Positions 1 to 9,729 of a stretch of DNA of 25,377 bases are shown here, piece by piece. A program made the position numbers and the translations under genes. The notes under the pieces were generated by a model. That model was not told the DNA's origin. It was given only the letters and a program-made list of their open reading frames with translations, and ran no database searches. Location of the stretch: positions 949,067 through 974,443 of the forward strand of contig NC_001263.1 in NCBI RefSeq assembly GCF_000008565.1. Reading direction: 5' to 3'. Position 1 is the first letter of the stretch; each line of letters begins with the position of its first letter. The DNA is from Deinococcus radiodurans R1 = ATCC 13939 = DSM 20539 (lineage in GTDB: Bacteria; Deinococcota; Deinococci; Deinococcales; Deinococcaceae).

Positions 1-2
1 TT

Positions 3-539
<537 letters not shown>

Positions 540-566
540 GCATCAAGAACTGTCCTTAACTTTTCT

Positions 567-603
567 GCGCGGCGTCAGATTGCTGAGAGAGCCGCGCTTT
601 ATT
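567..603 (+). terminator. Candidate intrinsic terminator after hspR
   Basis: GCGCGGC (567-573) pairs with GCCGCGC (591-597). There is an inner TCAG/CTGA stem, followed by TTTATT. Confidence 0.45.
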
Positions 604-663
604 GTGTCAGATGCGCTCTCGCGTCCGTCTGCCGCTTTCCCCGTGCTGTGCCCCGAGGTCTTT

Positions 664-1608
664 TTGAATTTGAATGCCGCTTTGCCCCTGTCTCCCGTAC
701 CCGCCCGCCCACTGTGGGTGGTGGGAGACGTGCACGGCGCCCACGACAAATTGCGGGCGCTGCTGCTGGAGGCGGGCCTGACCGACGCACTCGGGCACTG
801 GACCGGGGGCGCGGCGCACCTGGTGTTTCTGGGGGACTACGTGGACCGAGGCCCCGACGGTTTGGGCGTGCTGCGGCTGGTGCAGTCGCTTGAGGAGCAG
901 GCGCTGGCGGCGGGCGGCGAAGTCACGGCGCTGCTCGGCAACCACGAGGTGATGCTGCTGGCGGCGGCGCTGTTCCGTGAGCAGGACCCGCGCGACCGCT
1001 TCGGCTTTTTCGATTACTGGCGCAGCAACGGCGGACAACTCACCGACCTCGAGCGCCTCGCTCCCGGCGACCTGGCTTGGCTGCGCGCGCGGCCTCTGCT
1101 TGCCCACGCGCAGGGCTGGCTGTTGCTGCACGCCGACTCGCCCTTTTACCTGGGCCTGGGCAACGACCCGCAGGAAGTCAATGTCCGGGTGGCCGAACTG
1201 CTGCTCAGCCCTGATCCGGGGCCCTGGGCGGCTTTCGCCAACGCGTTCGTGGACCGGCTGAAATTTGCTGGCGACGACGGCACGGCGCAGGCCCGCCGGC
1301 TGCTGGAGACCTACGGCGGCGAGCGGCTGGTGCACGGCCACACCCCCACCCCGCTGCTGTTGCAAGGGAGCGGTCAGGACTTGCCCGAAGGCCCCACGGT
1401 GCCGGTGCTCTACGCCGATGGCCTGTGTCTCGCGGTGGACAGCGGCATGGCGTACTTTCCCGATGCGGGGTTCGTCGCGCGGCTGGGTGAACTCGCGCCG
1501 GGGGGTCGAGCGGAGCGGGTACTTGCCGAACTCGTCACCTTGCCGCCGACTTTTCTGGACCTGGGTTCCCTCACCGCCACAGCGCTGCGCCCGTCCGGAG
1601 AAGGCTGA
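664..1608 (+). CDS. Metallophosphoesterase (PPP family, ApaH/PrpE-like Ser/Thr phosphatase fold)
   Basis: Motifs GDVHG, GDYVDRG, GNHE and a late GH ('VHGHTP') are present. I chose TTG 664 as the start because GAGG at 655-658 lies 5 nt upstream. The stretch 540-640 has AT-rich third positions and contains a terminator-like hairpin. The ORF-track start at 517 and GTG 604/643 or TTG 670 remain possible. Confidence 0.8.
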   Translation: MNLNAALPLSPVPARPLWVVGDVHGAHDKLRALLLEAGLTDALGHWTGGAAHLVFLGDYVDRGPDGLGVLRLVQSLEEQALAAGGEVTALLGNHEVMLLAAALFREQDPRDRFGFFDYWRSNGGQLTDLERLAPGDLAWLRARPLLAHAQGWLLLHADSPFYLGLGNDPQEVNVRVAELLLSPDPGPWAAFANAFVDRLKFAGDDGTAQARRLLETYGGERLVHGHTPTPLLLQGSGQDLPEGPTVPVLYADGLCLAVDSGMAYFPDAGFVARLGELAPGGRAERVLAELVTLPPTFLDLGSLTATALRPSGEG

Positions 1609-1665
1609 ATCTTTCATGCTCGGATTCACGTCTCTCAATCCACAAATGCTGCTGCCGGGTTGCTC

Positions 1666-1671
1666 TAGACT
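1666..1671 (+). promoter_or_regulatory. -10-like hexamer TAGACT, 6 nt upstream of the rlmN ATG (leaderless-type promoter)
   Basis: TANNNT at 1666-1671, a 6-nt spacer, then ATG at 1678. There is no SD. Confidence 0.4.
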
Positions 1672-1677
1672 GGGCTG

Positions 1678-2718
1678 ATGCCTCTGCTGCTCGACCTGCA
1701 CCCCGACCACTACCCGCTTGAGGGCTTTCGCCGCAAGCAACTGCTCGAATGGGTGTTCGTGCAGGGGGTCGGCACCTTTGACGCCATGACCAACCTGCCC
1801 GCCGGGTTGCGTGCCGAGCTGGAGAGCGAGTATCAGCTCAACCCCTTCCGCGACATCGAAACCGTGCGGAGCCACGACGGCTCGGTCAAATATCTGTTCA
1901 CCCTCAACGACGGGCGGCAGATGGAAGCGGTGTACATGCCTTACCTCGACCGCAAGACCATCTGCGTCTCGACGATGGTGGGTTGCCCGGCCCGCTGCGC
2001 CTTTTGCGCCACCGGCAAGATGGGCTTCGGGCGCAACCTGACCCCCGGCGAAATCGTGGGGCAGGTGCTGGCGGTGGCCGGGGGCGAGGGCATTTCCCCG
2101 CGCGAAATTCGCAACCTGGTGTTCATGGGCATGGGCGAGGCGCTGCTCAACTACGAAAACAGCATGGCCGCCGCCCGCGTGCTGCTGCACCCCGACGCCC
2201 TGGGCATGAGCAAACGCCGCGTGACCCTCTCCACCGTGGGCATCGCCAAGGGCATTCGCCGCCTCGCCGAGGAAGACGACCTCGGCATCAAGCTGGCAAT
2301 CAGCCTCCACGCCCCCGACGAAGAAACGCGACAGCAGATCATCCCGACCGGGGCGGCCAATTCCATCGAGGAAATCATGGCGGCGGCCCGCGACTATCAA
2401 GCGGTGACCGGGCGCCGCGTGACGATGGAATACACCATGCTGCGCGGCGTCAACGACCACCTCTGGCAGGCCGAACTGCTCGCCGACCGCCTGGACGGCC
2501 TGGTGAGTCACGTCAACCTGATTCCCATGAACCCCTGGGACGGCTCGGATTTCGTGTCCAGCAGCGAGGAGCAGATTCAGGCCTTTTACGACGCCCTGCA
2601 AGACCGAGGCGTGGACGTGTCGGTGCGGCGCTCGCGCGGCAAGGACGCCGGGGCCGCCTGCGGCCAGCTCGCGCTGCGGCGTCCCGGCGCGCGGACCGGA
2701 GAGGTTGGCGCGGCTTGA
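1678..2718 (+). CDS. rlmN: 23S rRNA/tRNA adenine-C2 methyltransferase RlmN (radical SAM)
   Basis: Radical-SAM motif '[12 protein letters not shown]' (CxxxCxxC) and C-terminal '[12 protein letters not shown]' are present. The overall layout is RlmN/Cfr-like. Confidence 0.9.
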
Positions 2719-2791
2719 AGGGGGCGAAAAGCAACTTTGAGCCTGACCTCTGACCTGGGCCAGCGGTTTTCTACGGGTTCCGTCTGTTCCG

Positions 2792-2822
2792 TTGACAAAC
2801 TGGGAAAGCGCCAGTTTGCCAA
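2792..2822. repeat. 12-bp-arm inverted repeat (hairpin or operator) in the rlmN-TPR intergenic region
   Basis: TTGaCAAACTGG-gaaagcg-CCAGTTTGcCAA, with one arm mismatch. The left arm contains TTGACA. Confidence 0.6.
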
Positions 2823-2864
2823 CTGTACGTCCGGAACCCGTTTTTCTCCTTCTCGCTTTGCCCA

Positions 2865-2893
2865 GATTGAATCACTTCGTGGGCGATTCAATC
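2865..2893. repeat. Perfect 9-bp inverted repeat with an 11-nt loop
   Basis: GATTGAATC-acttcgtgggc-GATTCAATC. A T7 run follows at 2912-2918. Confidence 0.6.
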
Positions 2894-3045
2894 GGAGTTG
2901 GGCCCAGAGGTTTTTTTCCGCGCCGGAGCATGGGAAAATCAAGGCTGAAGAGGCTGCCCCCGCCGCCGCGGTCCGGCGCAGTAAGGGTTGAGCAAGGCCC
3001 CAGGCGTCATGCTGTTCCTGCCCGTCTTTTCAGGAGGCTCTATTC

Positions 3046-4836
3046 ATGCTTGTTTCCCCTGACACACCCCGGTTTCTCGCCGCCCGCCTGCTGCTCGGGG
3101 CCTGGCTGGCCTGCGGCGCGGGTGCCCAGGCCCAGACCCTGCTCGACACTTCGGCTGCCATCGGGGTGCAAAACACCCTCAACCAGATTCAGCCGGGCGT
3201 CACCCAGGTGCCGGGCTCGCTGTCCGTTCAGTTCGACGCCTGCAAAATGGCCCCCGAATCTTGCAAGGACGGCCAGCCCATCGGCGCGGCCCCGGCGCCT
3301 GCCACGTCTGGTCAGAGCGCTCAAAATGCTCAGAGTGCCCAGCCAGCCCCATCGCAGGTGGCGCCCGCAGCACCGACAACTCCGACCCAGACCACCCCCA
3401 CCCCGGCAGGTGAGGCCCCCGCAACTCGGCCCGTGCCCACTGTCGTGCCGCTGACGGCGGAGCAGCAGCAACTCTTGCAGGCGGCGCAGGCCCAGTTCGC
3501 CGCCGGACGTTATCCCCAGGCCCGCAACGAGTTTGAGGCGCTCATCGTGCGGAACTACAACAACCCCGAGCCGCATTTCGGGCTGGGGTTGGCGCTCTAT
3601 CAGCTCGGCGACCTGCGCGGGGCCACGTTCGAGTTCGGGCAGTTCATGCAGTTTGCCCCGCAGCGCTACGAAGGGCCTTACAACCTCGGCGTCATCGCCA
3701 CCCGTGAGGGCCGCTACCCCGACGCTCTGCGGCTGTACGGCGAAGCGCTGACGCTGGCGCAATCGGCCCCACCCGCTGCTCGGCAGGTGCTGTTGCGGGC
3801 ACTGGCGACCGAGCAGGGCCGGGTCAAGGACTACGTGGCCCTGGCCGCAACCTACGCCGATCTTCGCGCTGCCGACCCGGAAAACGTCGAGTACATCTTC
3901 CGCCATGCCCAGGCGCTTTATCAGGCGGGGCAGGTGGCCGACGCGCTGCCGGTGACCTACGCGGTGCTGGAGCGCAAGCCGAGCAGCCTGCAAGCGGCGC
4001 TGCTGCTTGCCGACCTCTACGTGGCCCAGGGCCTGCCCGACCGCGCCGTGCGGGAACTCAGTGCCGCCGCCGCGCGGGTGCTGACCGGCACCGACCGGGC
4101 GACCCTGCTGCTGCGGCAATCCGACTTGCTGCTTGCCCAGAACAACCTACGCGGCGCTCTGAATGCCGCCAGCGAAGCCCGCCAGGAAGACCGCCGTCTG
4201 CCCGCCGCCATTATCCGCGAAGCTGAACTGCTCGCCCAGTTTGGTCAGCGTCCCGCCGCTGTGCGGGCCTACCGCGACGCGCTGGCGCTCACGCCCAAGT
4301 CGGCCCCGATTCAGGCCGCGCTCGCCGCGCTGTATCTGGAAGGCAACCAGTACCCGGAAGCGGCCCAGGCCGCGCAGCAAGCACTCAAGCTCACGCCCGA
4401 CGCGAGCACCCGGGCGCGGGCGTTGTACGTGCAGGGCGTGGTCGCCTACCGTCAGGGCCAGTACACCCAGGCGCGTACCGCGCTCAATTCCAGCGTGCTC
4501 GCCGTGCCCGACGCCGACAGCCTGCTGTGGCTGGGCCTGAGCTACTACGCGCTCAAGGACTACGCCTCGGCGGTGCCGGTCCTGAGCGAGAGCGTGCGCC
4601 TGCGTCCCACCCCCGCCGCCCGGCAAAACCTCGCCGCCGCCCTGCTCGCCACCGCCCGCTACGCCGAGGCCGAGGCGCTGCTGCGCGGACTCGTGACCGA
4701 TGAAGTCAAGAACGCTGAGGGCTGGTACCTGCTGGGGCTCTCGCAGCGGGCCCAGCAGCGTCCGGACGACGCCCGGCAGTCCTTCAAGACCGCCGCCGGC
4801 CTCGGCAGCGCGCGCGCCAAGGACGCCCTCAAATGA
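3046..4836 (+). CDS. Secreted TPR-repeat protein with a Q/A/P/T-rich linker
   Basis: SD GGAGG lies upstream of ATG 3046. The N-terminal hydrophobic signal is 'FLAARLLLGAWLACGAGAQAQ'. A low-complexity 'APAPATSGQSAQNAQSAQPAP...TPTQTTPTP' stretch follows. Repeated TPR-like A/L/Y-rich helices fill the rest. GC3 is high. Confidence 0.8.
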   Translation: MLVSPDTPRFLAARLLLGAWLACGAGAQAQTLLDTSAAIGVQNTLNQIQPGVTQVPGSLSVQFDACKMAPESCKDGQPIGAAPAPATSGQSAQNAQSAQPAPSQVAPAAPTTPTQTTPTPAGEAPATRPVPTVVPLTAEQQQLLQAAQAQFAAGRYPQARNEFEALIVRNYNNPEPHFGLGLALYQLGDLRGATFEFGQFMQFAPQRYEGPYNLGVIATREGRYPDALRLYGEALTLAQSAPPAARQVLLRALATEQGRVKDYVALAATYADLRAADPENVEYIFRHAQALYQAGQVADALPVTYAVLERKPSSLQAALLLADLYVAQGLPDRAVRELSAAAARVLTGTDRATLLLRQSDLLLAQNNLRGALNAASEARQEDRRLPAAIIREAELLAQFGQRPAAVRAYRDALALTPKSAPIQAALAALYLEGNQYPEAAQAAQQALKLTPDASTRARALYVQGVVAYRQGQYTQARTALNSSVLAVPDADSLLWLGLSYYALKDYASAVPVLSESVRLRPTPAARQNLAAALLATARYAEAEALLRGLVTDEVKNAEGWYLLGLSQRAQQRPDDARQSFKTAAGLGSARAKDALK

Positions 4837-6020
4837 CCCGCGCCCGGACCCCCTCACCCGGACGCCCTTCCCCCCGCCGTCCGCGTCGCCCTGCCGGTCC
4901 GCGCCGCTGGCCCGAACTGGTGGCCGCCACCCTGGTCCTCGCCCTGGGCGTGGGCCTGGGCAGTTTGCTGCTCGGCGAACGGCGCGCCCCCGCTGAGCCG
5001 GTGGGCGCGCCGCAGCCGACCACGTCCATTCCGGTGTCTCCCGGCGCTGTGGTGGCCGATGGGTCGCCGCAAACCGCCGCGCCTGCCCAGGCCCAGACGA
5101 CAGCGGGCAAGATTCCGCCAGCCCCGGCGGCGCCCCCCGCGCCCAAGATTCCCCCCCCCGTCCTGCCGGAGCCGCGCCGGATGCCGGCCCCACCGACGCC
5201 TCCCCGTCCGGTGGAAGAAACGACGACTGCGGCCTCTCCCATCACCCAGCCACCAGTCACGCAGGCCCCGGCGACCCAGACGCCAACCCCGCAGACGCCA
5301 GCAGCCCAGGCTCCGGCGACGCAACCGCCAGCGACCCCGGCTCCTGAACCTGCGGCGCCCGCCGAACCGGCGCCGGCGACCACGCCCGAACCGGCAACGC
5401 CCACTGAGCCGGCTGCCCCCGCGCCTGGCACCCCAGCTGTCGCTCCGAGTGCCCAGCGCACGCCACTGCGGAGCGACTACCGCGTGATGCTGGGAACGTT
5501 CGGCAGCGAGGCGGCGCTCCGTTCGGCCACCGCCGGGGTCAGTGCCCTGGGCTACACCGTCTACGCCATTGACCTGGGCAACCAGTTCGTGGCGCAGGTG
5601 GGTCCCTTTGCCGACGAGGCGAGCGGGCAGCAGGCCGCCGCCGACATCCGCCGCGCCTACGCCCGCGCCGAGCTGTACCCGCCGCGCGGCCAAACCCTGC
5701 GAAACCCAGCGCCGGCGGCAGCCGCCGAAGCGCCCGCGACGCCTGAGCCCGCCAGCGAACCGGCCCCGACGCCAGCCGAGACACCTACGGCTGCGCCTGC
5801 CCCGGCAGGACCGGTCTACGTGCAGGTGGGGGCCTTCAACAACGTCGAGGGGGCTCAGCGGTTCGTCGAGCAACTGCGGGCCCAGGGCTTTTCGCCCAGC
5901 GTCAATGCCCCCGAAACCGGCAAGGTCACCGTGCTGCTCGGGCCGTTGACGGGCAGTGATCTGACCTCCACCGAAGGCCGGCTCGACGCCGCCGGGCTCG
6001 ACCACTTCAGGCTGCGGTGA
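4833..6020 (+). CDS. Membrane-anchored protein with two SPOR (peptidoglycan-binding) domains and a long P/A/T-rich linker
   Basis: The start overlaps the upstream stop in an ATGA at 4833-4836. It has an Arg/Pro-rich N-terminus and a TM segment 'LVAATLVLALGVGLGSLLLG'. Two SPOR-like modules are visible: 'YRVMLGTFGSEAALRSA...FVAQVGPFADEASGQQAAADIR' and 'VYVQVGAFNNVEGAQRFVEQLRAQGF...VTVLLGPL'. Confidence 0.75.
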   Translation: MTRARTPSPGRPSPRRPRRPAGPRRWPELVAATLVLALGVGLGSLLLGERRAPAEPVGAPQPTTSIPVSPGAVVADGSPQTAAPAQAQTTAGKIPPAPAAPPAPKIPPPVLPEPRRMPAPPTPPRPVEETTTAASPITQPPVTQAPATQTPTPQTPAAQAPATQPPATPAPEPAAPAEPAPATTPEPATPTEPAAPAPGTPAVAPSAQRTPLRSDYRVMLGTFGSEAALRSATAGVSALGYTVYAIDLGNQFVAQVGPFADEASGQQAAADIRRAYARAELYPPRGQTLRNPAPAAAAEAPATPEPASEPAPTPAETPTAAPAPAGPVYVQVGAFNNVEGAQRFVEQLRAQGFSPSVNAPETGKVTVLLGPLTGSDLTSTEGRLDAAGLDHFRLR

Positions 6021-6721
6021 GCAGGGTGGCCGACATCCCGACCGCCACGGTGGGCCGCGTGGTCACCTATATCAGGGTGCTGGAAGAGCTCGAAGCGCAG
6101 AACGTCCTGCGCGCCAGCAGCGGCGAACTCGCCCGGCGGGCCGGGGTGACCCCCTTTCAGGTGCGCAAGGACCTGACCTATTTCGGGCGCTTCGGCACGC
6201 GGGGCATCGGGTACACCGTGGCGGTGCTGCGCCGCGAGCTCTTGCGGGCGCTGGGCCTCGACCAGACCTGGAACGTGGTGATTGTCGGCATGGGCCGCCT
6301 CGGGCACGCCATCGCCAACTATCCGGGCGCCAGCGACTACCAGTTTCAGAACGTGGGCCTCTTCGACGTGGCCCCCGACGTGGTGGGCCGCGAGGTCCGG
6401 GGGCTGACCATCCAGCACATGAGCCAGCTCGGCCCGTTCGTCGCCTCGGTGGCGGGCACGCCCCGGCAGGTGGACATGGGCCTGCTGACGGTGCCCGCCG
6501 AGCACGCCCAGGCGGCGGCGCAAGCGCTCGTGGCGGCGGGGGTGGGCGGCATCCTCAACTTTGCTCCGGTGGTGCTGCAAACCCAGGACCTGCACTTGCC
6601 GGAAGCATTTGCCGCGCCGGGCCGCCGCGAAGTCACGGTGGAAAACGTGGACTTTCTGGCCGGCATGAAACGACTCGCCTTTTACATGCTCGGTCCCCAG
6701 GCGGGACCGGCGGAGGAATGA
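6017..6721 (+). CDS. rex: Redox-sensing transcriptional repressor Rex (NADH/NAD+ sensor)
   Basis: The start overlaps the SPOR gene stop in a GTGA at 6017-6020. The winged-helix region is 'ATVGRVVTYIRVLEELEAQNVLRASSGELARRAGVTPFQVRKDLTYFGRFGTRGIGYTV'. A Rossmann motif 'VVIVGMGRLGHAIANY' and 'GILNFAP' are present. Confidence 0.9.
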   Translation: MSRVADIPTATVGRVVTYIRVLEELEAQNVLRASSGELARRAGVTPFQVRKDLTYFGRFGTRGIGYTVAVLRRELLRALGLDQTWNVVIVGMGRLGHAIANYPGASDYQFQNVGLFDVAPDVVGREVRGLTIQHMSQLGPFVASVAGTPRQVDMGLLTVPAEHAQAAAQALVAAGVGGILNFAPVVLQTQDLHLPEAFAAPGRREVTVENVDFLAGMKRLAFYMLGPQAGPAEE

Positions 6722-7344
6722 CTATGAAAAAAATGTTTCCTGTACTTCTCTTGGGCGGGCTGCTGCTCGCGGGATGCGGTACGGTCGGACTCGGCTCGGG
6801 ACGCGTCAACGTTGGGGTAGATGTAGGTGACGCAGGCTCGGAGCAGGTAGCGACCCTAACCATTACCCCCGAAAAGTGCGACGATAAGGGAGTCTGCACA
6901 CCTCAGAAGCAAGAGCTGTCGATCACGGACGGTCAGCCCGTCACCTTTACTTTCACGGCCCGCCCGGGTTCCGAAGCGGTGACCATCGAGGGCTACCGGG
7001 TTCTGAGTGACCGGCTTGACGGCGTGGAGCGTGCGGATCCCAAGAATCCCGTCGAGAATGCCAAGATGAACCTGTATGTTCCCTCGGGCTACGCCTGCGA
7101 GGGCTTGACTGCCGGCGCTTCCTGCCAGGGCAACGAAAGCGACATTCGAATTGCTAACGGGCAGCCGGTCCAGCACCAAATCTACTTCGCCAGTGGCCTG
7201 GGCGCCCGCGCTGCCGCCAAAGGCGCCAATGTGACGCGGGTGGTGGACCTGGAATTCTATGGCTTCAGCGCCAACAACGTTCCTTTTACCCGCAAAGTCA
7301 CGGGCATCGTCAGTCAGGGAAGCTACGTCGTCAAGACGAACTGA
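6718..7344 (+). CDS. Lipoprotein of unknown function
   Basis: The start overlaps the rex stop in an ATGA at 6718-6721. ATG 6724 is an alternative start, 7 nt after GGAGG at 6712-6716. The lipobox is 'LLLAGC'. The mature part has two Cys pairs (C-DDKGV-C and C-EGLTAGAS-C). AT-ending codons are visibly more frequent than in the neighbouring genes. Confidence 0.7.
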   Translation: MTMKKMFPVLLLGGLLLAGCGTVGLGSGRVNVGVDVGDAGSEQVATLTITPEKCDDKGVCTPQKQELSITDGQPVTFTFTARPGSEAVTIEGYRVLSDRLDGVERADPKNPVENAKMNLYVPSGYACEGLTAGASCQGNESDIRIANGQPVQHQIYFASGLGARAAAKGANVTRVVDLEFYGFSANNVPFTRKVTGIVSQGSYVVKTN

Positions 7345-7361
7345 GCGCTCACGATCTTAAG

Positions 7362-7393
7362 AAAAGGCCCCCTGTCGTGGGGCTTTTTGTTTT
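7362..7393 (+). terminator. Rho-independent terminator ending the TPR-SPOR-rex-lipoprotein operon
   Basis: aaaaGGCCCC-ctgtcgt-GGGGCtttttgtttt. Confidence 0.8.
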
Positions 7394-7414
7394 GGTTTCA
7401 GAGGCATAACTTTT

Positions 7415-7431
7415 TTAGACAACTCGTCTAA
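7415..7431. promoter_or_regulatory. 17-bp palindrome TTAGAC-N5-GTCTAA upstream of trpBA (candidate operator)
   Basis: Perfect 6-bp arms sit in an AT-rich stretch 46 nt upstream of the trpB ATG. Confidence 0.35.
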
Positions 7432-7463
7432 CTTTACTTGTCAACTGCAAAGCTAGGGTGTCC

Positions 7464-7469
7464 TAAGCT
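7464..7469 (+). promoter_or_regulatory. -10-like hexamer TAAGCT, 7 nt upstream of the trpB ATG
   Basis: TANNNT, a 7-nt spacer, then ATG 7477. There is no SD. Confidence 0.35.
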
Positions 7470-7476
7470 AAGAATC

Positions 7477-8729
<1,253 letters not shown>

Positions 8730-8733
<4 letters not shown>

Positions 8734-9542
8734 CGGCGACTCCAGAAACGGCCACCAATCGTGGGGTTCAGCGCCTGCACGCCGCTTTTGCGCGCGCTGA
8801 GGCGGAAGGCCGCGCCGCCTTCATTCCCTTCATGACCGGCGGCTACCCCGACGCGGCCCGCTTCGGTGAGGTGGCCGGCGACCTGCTCGCGCGCGCCGAC
8901 ATCATGGAAGTGGGGATTCCCTACTCTGACCCGCTCGGCGACGGCCCCACCATTCAGCGGGCCTCGGAACAGGCGCTCGCGGGCGGCACCAGCACCCGGC
9001 GCACGCTGGAACTGGTGCGTGAGCTGCGGCAGAAGGACGACACCCCCATCGTCATCATGACCTACATCAACCCGATCTACGCCGTCGGTCCCGCCGAGTT
9101 CATGCGGCTGGCGCAGGAGGCGGGGGTGGACGGGCTGATTCTCCCCGATCTGCCGCCCGACCAGGACCTCGAAATTGCCGACCTCGCCGCGCAGCACGGG
9201 CTGGCCGTCACCTTCCTGATCGCGCCGACCTCCACCCCCGAGCGCGTGAAACTGGTCGCCGAGGCCTGCACTGGCTTCCTCTACGCCGTCAGCGTGACCG
9301 GCGTGACCGGCGCCCGTGAAGGCGCGGCGCTCGGCGAGGTGCCCCGGATGCTCGACCTCGCCCGGCAGTACGCGCAGAGGCCGGTGGTCGTCGGCTTCGG
9401 TGTGAAGGACGCGGCCACCGCTCAGCAGGTCGCGCAGGTCGCCGACGGCGTGGTGGTCGGCAGCGCCTTTATCAACGCGGTGGCAGCGGGACGGGATGTA
9501 GGTGCCCTTGCCGACGAGCTTGCCGCCGGGTGCCGCCGCTAG
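8730..9542 (+). CDS. trpA: Tryptophan synthase alpha chain
   Basis: The start overlaps the trpB stop in an ATGA. '[12 protein letters not shown]', '[17 protein letters not shown]' and '[10 protein letters not shown]' are present. Confidence 0.95.
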
Positions 9543-9556
9543 CTTCGCTCCACTCT

Positions 9557-9692
9557 GATACGGTTTCAAATTGAGTCCCGGACATGTCCGGGCGCAATTT
9601 TGTGCGGAGCGCATGAAAAAATAGGGTTTTAAGGAGATGGGAGGGCATCCGGCGCCCTTCCGGATGTTCGGGAATCGGATTAAAACCGTATG
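9557..9692. repeat. Small structured non-coding element with imperfect terminal inverted repeats (SNR/MITE-like)
   Basis: The termini ATACGGTTTCAAATTGAGTCCC (9558-9579) and GGGAATCGGATTAAAACCGTAT (9670-9691) match in about 17 of 22 positions as inverted repeats. An internal perfect 16-bp palindrome CCCGGACATGTCCGGG lies at 9577-9592. CATCCGG-N7-CCGGATG lies at 9646-9666. The core is AT-rich and the element has no credible ORF. Confidence 0.55.
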
Positions 9693-9696
9693 AAAA

Positions 9697-9729
9697 GGCC
9701 GTTCGGACGCGTTCCGGGCGGCTTTTTTC
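9697..9729. terminator. Bidirectional terminator between trpA and the convergent DUF309 gene
   Basis: GGCCGTTCGGA-cgcg-TTCCGGGCGGC, with G-U pairs. It is followed by TTTTTT on the plus strand and CTTTT on the minus strand. Confidence 0.65.

Noticed and set aside
607-2601. 664-aa ORF on the minus strand spanning the phosphoesterase and rlmN genes
   Set aside because: It is antisense to two genes with clear family motifs. Its product is Arg/Gly/Ala/His-rich with no motifs. This is a typical high-GC antisense artefact.
2737-3454. ORFs 2737..2991 and 2792..3454 (plus strand) and 2586..2942 (minus strand) in and around the rlmN-TPR spacer
   Set aside because: They have poor third-position GC bias in the spacer and no SD or -10 at the starts. 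The 2792 ORF runs out of frame through the well-supported TPR gene. The region is better explained as structured non-coding DNA.
4383-4389. HspR operator (HAIR, CTTGAGT-N7-ACTCAAG) search
   Set aside because: I found only an isolated ACTCAAG half-site inside the TPR CDS, with no inverted partner. No HAIR is visible in the window, and the hspR promoter is outside it.
4829-6005. Minus-strand ORFs 4829..5461 and 4854..6005, Gly/Arg/Ala-rich
   Set aside because: They are mirror images of the Pro/Ala/Thr-rich linker of the SPOR protein. The plus-strand frame has a TM segment, SPOR domains and coupled start and stop codons.
7415-7431. Possible RDRM (DdrO operator) upstream of trpBA
   Set aside because: Only the 17-bp length and the outer TTA...TAA match. 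The conserved inner G/C positions of the RDRM pattern as I recall it (TTATGT...ACATAA-like) are replaced by GAC/GTC. trpBA is not a known radiation-response operon.
9637-9693. 18-codon mini-ORF (MGGHPAPFRMFGNRIKTV) inside the SNR-like element, preceded by AAGGAG
   Set aside because: The SD-like AAGGAG abuts the ATG with zero spacing. The ORF lies entirely within palindromic repeat arms and shows no coding bias.
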